Assembly: GCA_001643675.2 (NCBI GenBank)
Contig: LSRY02000016.1
Coordinates: 62,001 to 126,000, forward strand
DNA: 64,000 nt
Source: Monocercomonoides exilis PA203
Lineage: Eukaryota > Protista > Preaxostyla
Direction: 5' to 3'
Both the position numbers and the translations under genes were made by a program. A model generated the notes under the pieces. It was given only the letters and a program-made list of their open reading frames with translations. It was not told the DNA's origin and did not search any database. Below are positions 13,482 through 26,500 of the stretch, piece by piece. Positions within the stretch are counted from its first letter, which is position 1; each line of letters opens with the position of its first letter.

Positions 13482-15489
13482 ATGAGTGAAACGGATATTT
13501 CAACAAAACCTTCCAAACCGAAGGTTCATTTATTGAAACTGTTAGCTGCTGGATGTGCCGGATCTTCTCCAACTATTATGATGGCAACCGTAATGACAGT
13601 GTTACAACCTCTTTTGATAAGTATATCAATTATTTCATTTTTCAATTTATTTACGAAGAATTAATCGCATATATATTTGATGATACTGTTGTTCAAAAGG
13701 ACTTGGTGTTTCAAAATGGGCCAGCCCAATAATACAACTGATGGCCCCAATCATTGGTATTACTCAGCCGTTTATTGGATCAAAAAGTGACAAATGCAAA
13801 AGTAAATGGGGAAAAAGAAAACCGTTTCTTTTATTCGGTTTCATTTGTGCTCTTTTGTGTTTTGCGTTTTTTATAATGATCGATGAAAATGGTTTGAGTT
13901 GAAATTAAGAAAATAAATTCATTAGTTCATTACTAACTTTCAAATCAGTTTTTGGAGACGGAAATGCTGCGATAGCAATGGCAATAGTGGGCTTTTTTAT
14001 GTGTACTTTATCGATGAATTTCATGATGGGACCAGGAAGGACAATCGTTTTTGATCTTGCTGGTGACGGGCAGCAATTTGCGGGAAATTTGATGATGATG
14101 GTGTTAACTGGAGTGTCAACGCTTGCAGGACTTGGATTTATGGCGTTTACAAAAAGACCATTTATTTTTTCTGCTGTGTTCTGTTCGCTTCTTTGTTTGC
14201 CAACGTTTCTTTTTGTGAAAGAGCCTCCACTTGCAAAAGAGACAACTGCAAGCAAAGGATCAGAGTCTGCACACAAAAAGAAAGATGGAACCTTCAAAGA
14301 GATGAAAAAGGGATTGTGCTTGATTATTAAGAATCGGCAAATGCTTATGATTATAATTTTTTCGTTCTTTGAGTTGATGTCATTGATGTGTTTTTCTTCG
14401 TTTTTCTCATTGTTTATGACGTCTGCCATCTACCGTTCAAACGACCCTGGACTGACGCCAGAAGAGTCAAAGATTCGATATGATAAAGGGATTCAAATGA
14501 CTTCATTTTCGAAGATGGCGTCAAATCTGATGATGACCCTCTTCTCTGCAATTGCAGCGCCTATCATCATGCTGCTGGGGATGCGTCTGTCGTTCATTGT
14601 GACCTGCGTCTGCTCCACTGCAGCGGTGTTTGCGCTTGTGTTTGTGTCTCCGATGGACACGTCTCTCGTCTGGCTGGCGTTCCTCGCAAACATCCTGTCC
14701 TCAGTCAACCTGGCGATGATTATGTCTGTTCCTCCAGTGGTGATCGCAGCAGAGTGCCCGCAAGACCAGCTCGGGATGTATATGGGCCTGTTTGCGCTGT
14801 TTGCAATGGGCGGGCAGATGCTGGCAAGTCTCATCCCGGTTGGCATTAACAGTAACATCGGGCTCTATTCAGGCGGGAGGCATTACCTGCAGTGGGACTT
14901 CTTGTTTTCCGCAATCTGCGGGGTGTGCGGGATAATCGTCATCCCGTTTCTGAAGGAGGTGAACATCCGATCGAAGAACAGGAAGCTGCCAGGGAAAGAG
15001 AAGCAAGGCAAGAAAGATGTGAGCAGCAAAGAGCAGGAAGCCGGAAAGGGAGACGAGAGTGAGAGCAGCTCCGGCGAGGAAGTTACGCCGCTGCTGGCTG
15101 ATGGCGGATACCAGCGTCTGGGCGGAGACTCTTCGGCAGGCGCTTCGCTGGTAGACTCGCCCACAATGAAGAACCTCATCAACACAGCTTCTGCGACCTC
15201 GGCCTCTGCGATGACGGCAGCCTCGTCAGCCACACTGTCTCCGATACCGATGGGAGCAACGCCGACTTACAGCTCGTTTGAGACGACGGGGCAGACACCT
15301 TCGCACCCAGTCAGAAATGACTATTACGAAGTGTCGCCGAAGCTGACACCGTATTCGTCCTCAGCGAACCAGGGCAATCCTCCTTATGCTCTTGCTTCTT
15401 CTGAGGCTGGATATCGAATGCCAAGCGGAGGAATCAACGATGAGGGCTTTTTGTCACAGCCTCTTTTGAACTCTTTGGATACAAATTAG
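13482..15489 (+). CDS. MFS sugar transporter, sucrose/H+ symporter (SUC/SUT)-SLC45 family; exons 13482-13620, 13700-13891, 13949-15489
   Basis: Splicing two GT-AG introns gives an in-frame protein with the family motif QPFIGSKSDKCKSKWGKRKPF, plus GPGRTIVFDL, GLYMG-like (GMYMG) and about 12 hydrophobic helices. Confidence 0.85.
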
Positions 15490-17313
15490 AATGCTCCTCT
15501 TTCGTTTATTTTATTTGAGAGGAAATAATGTTGTTTTCATAAAACTTGAGACAAATTGTTTCTTTCTCCGTTATTTTGAATCTGACTGTAGCTGGTTTTT
15601 CCTTCAATCATCTTTGGCGATTTCAAGTTTTCTTGGCTTGAAACAGCTTCTCAAATCACTCGAAGGACTACACGCCATTAAACATTTCATGATGTACCTA
15701 TTCTTATTCTAATTATTCTTCTTCTTCAAATAACTATTATTATTCTTATTATATATATACATATATATGCTTTCTATCTACTTTTAACTCACTGCCTTTT
15801 TTATTGTTGAAGATATTTGTTTAAACGCTGATATATTTTTTCATGTTTTAGATTGATTAATCAGCAGCTTGTTTTTTCGAGGGCATTTATTGTTTGAAAT
15901 ATATAAATGTATATTTTTATTTTTTTTCTTTTCTTTGTGGTAAATGCTTTCTTGATTTTGTGTTTTGTCGAATCTTATTGCAAGCATGTGAACATTTTCA
16001 TGTTTCAATCAACTTCTGAGATGTTTTATTTTTCGAATTATTTTAGAAAAGATTTTCAATAGTAGTAAGTGGTTTAATTTTAAATTTTGTTGATTATCTT
16101 TTTTTTTTTTTTTTTTTTTTTTTTTTCATTTCTTGAATTTTATCATTTTTTTCATTTTGGTTTCTTTCGGAAATATTTGCACGGAATTTGATTTTTCTGC
16201 AATTTTTTCCAATTTGAATTATCTTTTGAGTTTTAAAGAGTGAAAAAAGAATCAAAATCTTTCTCTTTTATAAATGAGAATTAAATTCTTTCATATCCTA
16301 TTTTAAATAAATATTGAAATGAATGATGTGAATTTTCAAAGTTAGAGTGAATTCGCGGAAGATGAATGTCGTGCATATGCAACTTCTGTTTTTAAAATGT
16401 GAAAAAGAATCATTAGATATTATAAATTTGAATGTCACACATTTAAAGCGCAAATGAAGAAATATTGTTAATTTCTTTATTCAGAGAAAGAACAATATTT
16501 TATTCATATTTCTATATTTATTTTTTAATTTTTTTTTTGAAAAATACAACAAAATATTTTATAATATATTAAGATCAATTTAAAACAGTTGATTCTTAAT
16601 GAAAATTGTTTATTTTCTGCGTAATAATAACAGGAACATGCGAGCTTTTAATTGAAAGGTTTGTAATCAATGAGGATCGAGGATAAACTTTTATTTAAAG
16701 AGCATGAAATGATGAAGAAATTAAAAAGCAAGGATGGTTCTCATAATCGTATTTATATGTGTCAAAATTGTAAATACAACGGCAATTCTATTTTCTTCCT
16801 TTCATTTTATGTGATCGGATGAAAGGGATTTAGCTTTTGTTTTTCTTTGATATATATTAATAATGACATTTGAGGAGTATGCTTGTCGAAATACCTATTA
16901 AATTAGCAATACGCAATATTGCTTATGTTTAATATGGACCATGATCGAATAATCTTCTCACTGATTCATGTGGAAAACTTTTTTGGAAAAAAAATTTTTT
17001 TTGAATCAATTTATGATTTGACTTTTTTTTTTTTATTCCGAAATTATATTTTCCTGTGCATTTTTTTCATAAATATTTGTTAGTACTGCATTCATAAAGT
17101 ATTGAAGAATTTTTTGGAAATTATTCTTTCTTTTTTGTTTTTTGAAGTTCAAAAAATATTTTTAATTCGATTCTTGCTTTATCTTCATCACCTTAGCATT
17201 ATGCGTACTATTAAATTATTTTTTAATTTCTTCAAGAAAAAATATTTATTTTCAAAAACTTTGAAAATAATTTTTCTATTGAGGGTACTGATCTTGACAA
17301 AAAGTGTTGAAAA

Positions 17314-19319
17314 ATGAATTCTAATGTTATTATCGTTAAGCCATGGGTTAGCCGTGGTTATTTGTTGGAAGTGTGCAACATTTAAAATAATTCTACTGTG
17401 AAACAATATTTTTCTTATTCGGGAAAAAAACATGTTTTTTTTTATGTAAAAATATAAATTTAAATGTGATATTTGTATTGTTGTTGTTCTGAATGAAATA
17501 ATACAATTTTTAAAACTAAAACAGGTTCGTGAGCTTGAAGAATTGAAATCCATCATTTTAACGCAACGTTTTTTTAGATTTGAGGCATTGTCTCAACTTC
17601 TAATTGCCTTTATAAACAGTTTGATGAAAATATATGACTTTATTGTATATATTCGTGTTTTTGAATTTTTTATTTATTTTGTCGCTTCGTTTTTGAAATT
17701 CAGATTCAAACAATGGTGAAATGATGATTCATTGCGGTATTGTCGAATCTTTGTTACAAATTTTGGAAAATGAGGAAGAAGAAGATGTTCAACAGCTTGC
17801 ATTAAGCGTTTTAAATTTACTATGTATTCATTTTTCATTGAAATTCGCAAAAGGAGACATGAAAGATTGGACATGTGATATTTTAATCACAAATCTTCTT
17901 TCAATCGCATCTGTATGGAATTTTTCTTGTAAGTTTAAAGGAGTTTTTATTAATTTTATGTTTATTATTATAAAATGACATTTTTTTCTTTTTATTTTGT
18001 AAGGTGCGAGATGCATCTGTAAGCAGAATGGGAATAGACTCTATTTCTTCTTTAGTCAAAGAGAAGCCCTGCCTTTGCAAATTGATTGCTAACTCAGACT
18101 TTATGAAAAGTGCAATTCAAATTGTTCTAAAGAATCAGGAAGCAAAATTTCTGTCAGATTTAGACGTCTCGCCTTATCTTTCTAAGACACCGACAAATCC
18201 AACTGATTCTTCTGCACTTTTTTCAATGTATCTTGCTTCAAATAGAGCGACTGCAGCGTCCAGTTGTGCTTTTCCGGGTATTTCGTTGTCGTCGATGACT
18301 TCGTCCTTCGCCCTATCTCCTCCGCTCTCCGATGAGTTGCCTGAAAATTCACCATTGCTTTCTTATCCTCAAGGCACACAAGACGATCTGCATATGTTTA
18401 ATGTTTCGCAGCAGCTTTGTTCTCTCTTTCGATTGATGACGCTCCTTCTGGCTAACGGCGAAGGGAGATGGGTGACACAAGAATTGATACAAGGGCTGCT
18501 TCAATTGGAAGAAGCTGAATGTTCTTCTGTGTCTGATGGTGCAACATTAACTTTGAAGCAGTTCGGACGGTGGCAAAACACTCAAAAAGTGGGAAGTTTC
18601 GCTCCTTCTTCTTCAGCCTCTGTTGAAGCATCATCAATCCCTTCTGACGACATGGCCGGCTTTTCTATTACTCGGTCAACACCTTTTCCGTTTACGAGTG
18701 TGTATGGGATTGAGCGGACTATCAACAGGCTTCGGGGCGAGCTGCAGGATCAGCGGGAGCAGACCGAAAGAGAACGGGCACAGAGAGAAAAGCTGCAGAG
18801 AGAAAGAGAGAACGAGCAGAGGCTGTATGACGAAGAGGTTGCGGCACGCGAGAAGGAGAAAAAGGAAACAGAAAATATGAAAGGAGAATTGGAGCTTATC
18901 AACAAAAGGTGCGCAGATGTATCTTCAGAGATTAAGACGTTGGCCGCAAAATTGAGGGAAGAAGCAAAAGCGAAACGTTTGTGTTTTGTAAGAGGTTCTT
19001 GATTGATGCTCTATATGTGAAATTTCCTCTTTTGTTTCATAAAAATATCACATGTTTGCAAATGTGATTATTCGTGGTTATTTGCATATTTCGTTTTATT
19101 CTTTCAACGTCGGTCTCTGAAGCATCGTCAGCAAGCCGCTTTTTATTCCTGACGCCAAATACTTTTGCTGAAAACAGAAACATCATAACTCGAATCGGAT
19201 CAACTTCTGCAAAATCATTTATGTACAATCAGATTCTGGAATCAGTATGTTTTTTGTATATGTTAATGTGAGTGTCCTAACTATGAGTACAAGTATTTAG
19301 ATCTTTCTTTCTTCTCTCT

Positions 19320-19353
<34 letters not shown>

Positions 19354-20463
19354 TTCAGTTTTGTTTTAAAGAATGATATATTGATTTGCTGTTATTGAAT
19401 GAATAAAATATATTTTCATTTTCTATTGTGTTATTAGGGAATATGGCAGCTGTATGAATGTTGTTTTTTTGAAATCTCTTCTTTTTTTAACGTTGCTCAA
19501 TAATTGGATTTTGAAGTTCCTTTATGATAAAAGAAATTAAAAACTGTGTAAGTATGCTTCTTTCTTATTCTGGAAATCAGCTTTCATTGAATTACTATTT
19601 TTCTCTTTAAAGCAATGGGAGTTTTTCCGACAACAACTGAATTGAAGCAGACAGAGTTTTCGCGGCATGCTGGATATCATGGCACTCGTTTGTTCAGTTT
19701 ATTATTATTGTTATGTTTCTGTTTAATTAGTTGTGTGATTTCAGCCGGTCAAAGTTTGTGTTTAAGTGGAACGTGGTATGCTGAACTTGAGCATCTTATG
19801 AGCCATTTGAAAAATGAGAAAATGACAAATTGAAAGTTTAGTAGCCTTTTTCGCAAGCAAAATGAATTGTTTCATTGAGGAAATGTTGATTTTTTCTTGA
19901 CTGTTAGTTTTATATGCAAATTGGTGTATTAATTCATTATTTTCTTATTTGCATGCCCATCCTTTTTTGCAATAATATTCAATTTGCTTGATAAAAGTGG
20001 ATACCAAGATGCGCACATGGTGAGCTGTGCAGTTCGATCTGACGGCTTTGTTTTTGAGGCAGGTGATATAGTTATGATGGAGTTAAATATGACAAAAATA
20101 CCTCGAACTGTTCATTTCTTTAAAAATGGAAGGCAATGTGAACAAATTTACATAACCGATGTACCACCTTCTGTTAGATTTGTGGTTTGTGATGTCATCG
20201 CTTTCAAATAATTATAATCGTATTTATTTCAATTAATGTTTAATTTTACTATAACTTTATCCATTTTGAATAAATCTATTTTAATTCTTTATTGGATAAC
20301 ATCTGCATGCCCTTACAAACTTATTTTTAATTTTGCTTATTCTTCTATAATTCAGGTTATGATTTTTAAGGTGGATTCTTGTGTTGAATTTCTTGCAATG
20401 AACAAGAAAGAAACGGCCACAGCAAAACAAAACATTGGTAAAGCAATTGGTTGCAATTTATAG
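17314..20463 (+). CDS. Multi-exon (~11) protein: helical/ARM-like N-terminus, coiled coil, C-terminal SPRY/B30.2-like domain
   Basis: In-frame exons 17314-17370, 17525-17618, ~17704-17927, 18004-18976, 19123-19244, 19438-19451, 19517-19551, 19613-19687, 19745-19775, 19998-20184, 20356-20463; C-terminal GDIVMMELNMTKIPRTVHFFKNG..ITDVPPSVRF is SPRY-like. Confidence 0.65.
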
Positions 20464-20526
20464 TGAATGAATTCAAATCAATCCAAATTTTTATTTTGAT
20501 ATATTGAAAATTATTCTGATTTGATA

Positions 20527-22200
20527 TATAGGGTGATTTTTAAACCCGAATATTTTTTTGAAAACCAGAACAAAAAATAAATAAATTTATTTTTGTGCGT
20601 TGTGTATTGATTTCGTTTTTAAAAAAATATTAATAATAAATATAATCAACAAGCTCTCGTTTCACAATTTTTCGAGTGTTTGTTTTTCTTTTTCTTTTCT
20701 TTTATTTTTATTTTTTTTTTATTTTTTTATTTATTTATTTTTTATTTATTTTTTTTTTTTTTTCATCAGAAAAATTATCAGTTATAATTTTTCACAAAAC
20801 TGCATTTTCTTTTTTCAGTTTTTCATCTTCAAGCAAAGCCTTCTCTGATTCTTCATTATCTTTTTCTTCATTTTTTGACTCTTTTCTTTCATCCTTTTCT
20901 TTTTTCCATTCTATTAAAAATTCTTCGTTGGTGATTAATTTTCCAAAATAGTCAAACATATGAATCATCGTCTTCGTGATGACTGAATGTTCTTTTGGAA
21001 GCTTGGCAAACGCTTCGTACTACTAATGAGACAACACTCCGCTCTTCGCAAATGAAGATTTTATTGTTGAAGGCAACAAAGAAGTTTGCAAAGCTTGTGG
21101 AAGCACATCAACTAGTACTTCTCATCGCAAAATAATTGAAGAAGAAGAATGTGCTTCAAAATTAGAACTAATCGTCTTTTAAAAAACGGCAAATACTCCA
21201 CTATCCAATGGCTGTGCGATGTGAGTATGGTGGGGTACGAAGGTTACTATATCTATAGAAAAATCAGCAAACTTCTTCCAGAAGTTTGGCTGCGCTCTCG
21301 AAGAATGGGAATCAGAAAGGAGAATGCACCATTCTTCTCTTTTCTTCAAAGTTTCTCTTCTTTGTGTGATCCCTTAGAGCAACACTTCTTCAGCGTATTT
21401 GAGGAATAGTGCTTCAATCATCCAGCCTTCATTTTCTCCCCTAACATCCAACTGCGAACTCAAAACAAGGCGTCGTTCATCTGAAAATTTGCGGCATGGC
21501 AACAGAACGACATTTTTCGGTGAATAGCCATCAGCTACAGCTGCAATTAATGGAGCTGCATTTTGTATATTCAGCGATGTTTTGGAGAAACCAGCAAACT
21601 TTTCGGTTGGATGGAAAAATTAAAGAAGAGAAAGAAGCAGAAAGCTGAATAGAAGATTCATCAATACTGAAGATGAAAGAATTAGAATACTTATGCTTTT
21701 CAAGAAGGATTCAAGTTGAGTGAAAAGGGAAATATAGTTTGTTGATTTGATTCAGATAGCCTTTGAATGTCGACATTTCGAGGGTTTGAAGCCTTAAGCT
21801 CGGGGTTCCCTCTGGTGTATTGATAGTGATATGCTTTAGAAATGTTCACTTCATCATCTTCTTCATCGAAATCATCTTTTTTCCTATCATTGATAACAGT
21901 GTTCAGCTGAATATATATAAAAAATTGATAAATGTAATAAATAAAAAATTGTAGCAAACTAGTTTTCTCAAATGCTCTGCATTGTGAATTGTCCCACTTT
22001 CACATTCTATTTTAAGCACTCCAAATATAGATTTCTTTTCTTCCTGCTCGAATAATTCTGGTCTTCCATTTTTTCCTGCCTTCCTTCCTTTTTCTTCAGA
22101 TGCAACTACCCTATCAAATGCAGAGCGAGTGAATTCCATGTTAGCAACGTCAAAAACCAGAGATTCTCCTTAAGCAATCAAAGTTGCAACACGTGTTAAT
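20527..22200 (-). pseudogene. Decayed pogo/Tigger-like (DDE_1) transposase element with a phase-0 intron at 21907-21959
   Basis: Frameshifted minus-strand translation gives GRPELF (HTH region), IFSIDES, GWM, CILLF-DSHSSR and PHHTHIAQPLDSGVF, with stops and frameshifts; TIR-like TAGGGTGATTTT near 20527. Confidence 0.8.
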
Positions 22201-22203
22201 CCA

Positions 22204-22277
22204 CAGTCGAAATCGGATATAATCACATCAGTTTTTGCACATCTTTTTGTGACTATATCCGATTGTGATTATAGACG
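22204..22277 (+). mobile_element. Left-end fragment related to the CAGT-TIR MITE at 33051
   Basis: cagtcgaaatcggatataatcac...tttttgtgactatatccga aligns with the first ~75 bp of 33051-33479. Confidence 0.6.
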
Positions 22278-22315
22278 GTGTAGGTTAACTCAGCAAAAAA
22301 TAGAAATTAAATAAT

Positions 22316-22582
22316 TGGAACGAATTATTCCACTTCAAACATTTTCATAGAAAAAATATGAACAGCTGATGAATTTTTTTTGAACAAATAAAACAAATAA
22401 ACTGTGCTCATTTTAAGAAACAAGAATGATGTAATAAAATATTATGTTGTGAAATCTATAAAACATTTTGACAGATATTTATTAACAATTTTTTTTTAAA
22501 TCTGGGAAAGAGATATAAAGTTAAGAATGAATCAAAAATTTTTGATTAGTGCAAAAAAAGCTTGACAGTGCGTATTTTCCAC
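22316..22582 (-). mobile_element. Degraded copy of the ~268-bp GGGG-terminal MITE
   Basis: gtgcaaaaaaagcttgacagtgcgtattttcc matches the end of 35133-35400; attttcatagaaaaaatatgaac matches the other end; similar length. Confidence 0.55.
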
Positions 22583-22596
22583 AAAGTCGAATGATG

Positions 22597-22858
22597 TTTG
22601 TGTGATTGCAACTGAAATCATAACTTTTTTTCGGGATATTAATTTTTCTGAAATTATTTGTCATTGAGAAGTGATTTAGTATTTTAATGCTCTATTCATC
22701 ACAAATATTTCAAAAACAAATATTGAAGCTGAAATGAAGATGAGGATATCTGTAAAAAGTCTTTTCACTTTTCGTCGTTCTTTTGTACATTTTCAAGGGA
22801 TATTTTTGAACCGAAATTATCGAATAGAATAATATGATGTCATAAACAATCGCCCATA
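22597..22858 (+). mobile_element. 262-bp TATGGG-TIR MITE, copy 1 (degraded)
   Basis: Shares tgaaatcataacttttttcgg, ttgtcattg and caaaaacaaa blocks and the terminal cccata with copies at 33735 and 37568; same length. Confidence 0.7.
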
Positions 22859-23599
22859 TGCATCCAATTTTGTCCCATTCGATGTGATGGAGTGAACTGA
22901 CAAAGTGAAGCCCACAATGCTTCAAAGAACAGTCAAAATTGGACATAATCACTTCGAATGAAATCAACATCAGTCATATTCACTAAATTCGATGCACCAT
23001 AATTTTTTCCTATTTCTCGTTTATTCTCATTTTCAAAAAAAATTGCAGGGCTTAACATTTATAATTTTATTTTGTTTTTTTTATGGGTGGTTTTTCCAAT
23101 GAAAAATGGGACAAAATTCTTGCGTTTATGAAAAAACAACGATTTGTTCCAAATTCTTTCTACAATCATATCATAAAAAGCGTAGCATTCTCAAGTAAAA
23201 ATAATTATGAAAAATCAAAAAATGTGAAAAAAATTAGGAAATAAAGAATGGAACAAAATTCATGAAACAAAAAATTTCGTCCCATTTCATAAATGCAAGA
23301 TAGAAAACTGAAATTCGAAGCTATATGTGCTTTATCTATCCCAGAAAATCACATTTATCCATCATCTTTTAATTCTGTTATCATTTCAAAAACTACGATT
23401 GGTTATCATATGCCAGTTTATATTTAATTGGGAAAGGTAGCGTATAAGCACCATTTACCATTTGCAACTTAAATATCGAAACGAAAGAGCATTTAAAAAG
23501 AAAACGAATCTAAAAAATGTAACAAAACCTATTCATCCACTTCACTTAAAGTTTCACCATTTTGTTTTTCTTTATCCTCCATTTTTCTTTCAAAAGAAG

Positions 23600-26500
23600 A
23601 TCTCGTTCCAATTTCACATCAATTATCCATGTTTCTATTTGCTTTTAAAATGCCTCTTTTCTAACTCTTCCTCTTCTCCAAAAGCCAATTCATCTCATGA
23701 ATACAACCATTTCCGTCTTGTCTCATCATCCCCAAACAACGATGCTATCAACTCTTGTCTATCATCCAGATTACATTGTGTCTGCAGTTTTTGTGCAGAT
23801 AATAACGCAACTATCCGACAGAATGCCCTTTCTCAAAATGCCTCTTTCAACTAGTGCAGCACGTGCATTACTCCCCAGTCCTTCTCGCTTTTCACAACTT
23901 CCAGTGCATCGCCTACAACTTCTTGCTGCTCCTCACTGCTGTCCTGGCAGCGCAGAAGCAAAGTGAGTACGCCAAATGTTTATGGTCTGAAATTTATCTT
24001 CATCCTTGCAAACTGGAATAAATGAATACCTCTGATGCTTCAGCAATGAAATGCATCATTTCTCTTCTCATCAATTTAATGATTGTCGCACTCGATGCAT
24101 CAGCTTCACATGTGCCACTCATCTTGAATATTTCCTTGCCTCTTAGGAAGCTGTGCAAAATGAAAACACTCCTAGTTGCATGCTTCACTTGAATTGTCAA
24201 GCGATGTGGTGCTTCAGCCATTGTCTTTGTCTTTTTCTGTTTCCCTCTCATTCGTTGTTTGCTTTGTCAGTTGATGCGAAATTTCTGAGCTGGCAAATAG
24301 TTATTGCAGCTGACGCAAATGCTTAATTGTCGAAGCGATGCGTTTGATCAGTTGCTGTTGCATTCAACTTTTTCAAGGCTTTTGTCCAGTCAACTGCAAT
24401 CGATGCAAAAGAACTAAATGTGATTATGATGTGGAATATTATTGTTCTTTTCTATTCTCCAGAAGCAATTGCGTTGGCTGTGCTGGAAGAGCGAGAAGAG
24501 GTGGAAGAAGGATGGGAAGAAGGATGGCAGGAGAGAGGGAGGCGATGGAAACCAGACTGAATGCGAATATCACTCAGCTCATAGAGAGCATAACAAGAAG
24601 AATGGAAAAGGTCAGACGATTCAGCAAGAGGAGATGATGCCACCGATCGTGGAGGTGCGTGTCTCGCTGAACAAGAATTTTGTGAAGACAGAGACAGTCG
24701 TAGCAATATCACCAGGTAGCCTGCCATCTGCAAAAATTGAATGCTGCAGCACTCTGTAAGTCGATCCCATTCAGCTGAAGAATGCAACAGCAGATGACTG
24801 TCGAACAAAAATGGCAGCTGACGGGGATGTTCGCTTTATTTCTCATGAATGTGCAGAAGCTGAAGAGGAAAGTCGTTGAGCTGCCACAAAGCTCAACGAA
24901 TGGTTTGGCAATGAATGAGGAACAAGGAAAGGCCAGAGAACATGTTTAAAGAGTTGATTGTTCCATAAATGCTGAAAAGGAGGAGGAGCAGCAGCAAATA
25001 TTGGATGTTCTATCTCAACCAATTATTTTGGCGCATTTGGTCAGTGCGTGCGTGTGCAATTAAAATTGACAAAAGTGTACATGGAAGCCGATGAAATCAT
25101 TTTGAAACGATGAGTGCAGCATCTGCGCTGGCGGAATCTTCTGAAGAAAAAGATAGGATTGCGATGAACCCAGTTGACGAAGGGACGAAAATACCAGATG
25201 GGATGATCAATATCACATTATTTGCGGAGATGCAGTTTGAGAGGAAAGTGGAAGGGTGTCACTTTGGAAAAGAGGTGCGGGAGAGAAGAAGGAATGGAGC
25301 GATGGCAGAGTGAAATGCAACTGTATGTCTGGTGTCTGATGGAGTATCCTCACATTTCTGTGCAGACAGATGGGGAGGCAGACAGACAGATAGGCAGGTA
25401 GATGGAGATGATCATAGTGTTGGCTGTGGTTGTGGCAGTTGTGACGAGGAAAGTGCCATCTGAATACTCAGAAAGATGCAACATATGCAACTAACAAAGA
25501 AAGTCGCAGCAAATGAATGATTGAATTGGTTTCTTTTTCGCATTTGGTGTTTTGTTTATAAAAAACGTTTATTTCAGATTAATGGAGAGAATCTTTATGT
25601 GCTTCCTCTGCATTCCAGCGAATGTCTCATTTTCCGCAAGGAGACATCGAGATCACCTCGGGAAACATCCTCCCTTTCATCCCACATCAGCGCTCATTCT
25701 CTGCACACCACTTGTACCCCATCTTCTCTTTCTTAACAAGCAGCTGCAAATCTGCCTTGCCACATCATCAGCAGCTTTGAAAAGAATGACTCCCCCCTCG
25801 TCCTTCACTTTTCCGACTTCTTCTGCATATGTGGACATTTCACTTTCGCTCACACACTCTCTTTCCAAAGCTCATTCTATCATCAACAGCAATCGGATGT
25901 GCCATGCAACCAATTCTTTTCCAACTGCCAGGAACATAACATCAAGCTCGACTTCTGATCCAGATCAACCGATTTGGCCAAGCAGACACAAGCCCTCTTC
26001 ATACAGTTCGTGAGGCTTTTTGTGTTCGAGGAGCCTGCTGTCATCCCAACTCAGACTGCTCTTTCTGCTCCAAAGGCTGTTGCAATGAATGTTCAATGCC
26101 AACCAATCGCTTCTGTGCTCACTTCAAGCAGAGCTGAGCCAATTCCATTCACACAAAGAATCACAAAGGAATTGAAAACAGATGCGAAGACAACAACAAT
26201 AACATTTGTGGTGAAGGCTGCCCATATTCCAATTCGTCCTTTGAAGATGCTTCTGTTGAACTGCTTTTCATCTGCTCCCACAATCCCCTTTCCTCCGTCC
26301 CTCCCTCACACTTTCATGAACAAACTTTCCATTCCCCAAATCCAAATGACCTCCCACTTTCAAGTGTGCATTCAACAGCTCAGCCATTTTGACATCTCTC
26401 TCTCTCTCTCTTCTCTCTCACAAATATTTGATGTGCCATATCGAATTGTTCCTCTTATCTTTCTTGCTGCTGTGGAGTTAAGGCGTGCTGATGCCATCCT

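Noticed and set aside
15700-17300. Possible hidden gene in the long AT-rich intergenic region
   Set aside because: I could not assemble a consistent spliced ORF.
16098-19352. Long poly-T runs (16098-16126, 19324-19352); also (TAT)n at 52982-53021
   Set aside because: Simple intergenic or intronic repeats; no TSD or retroelement body evident.
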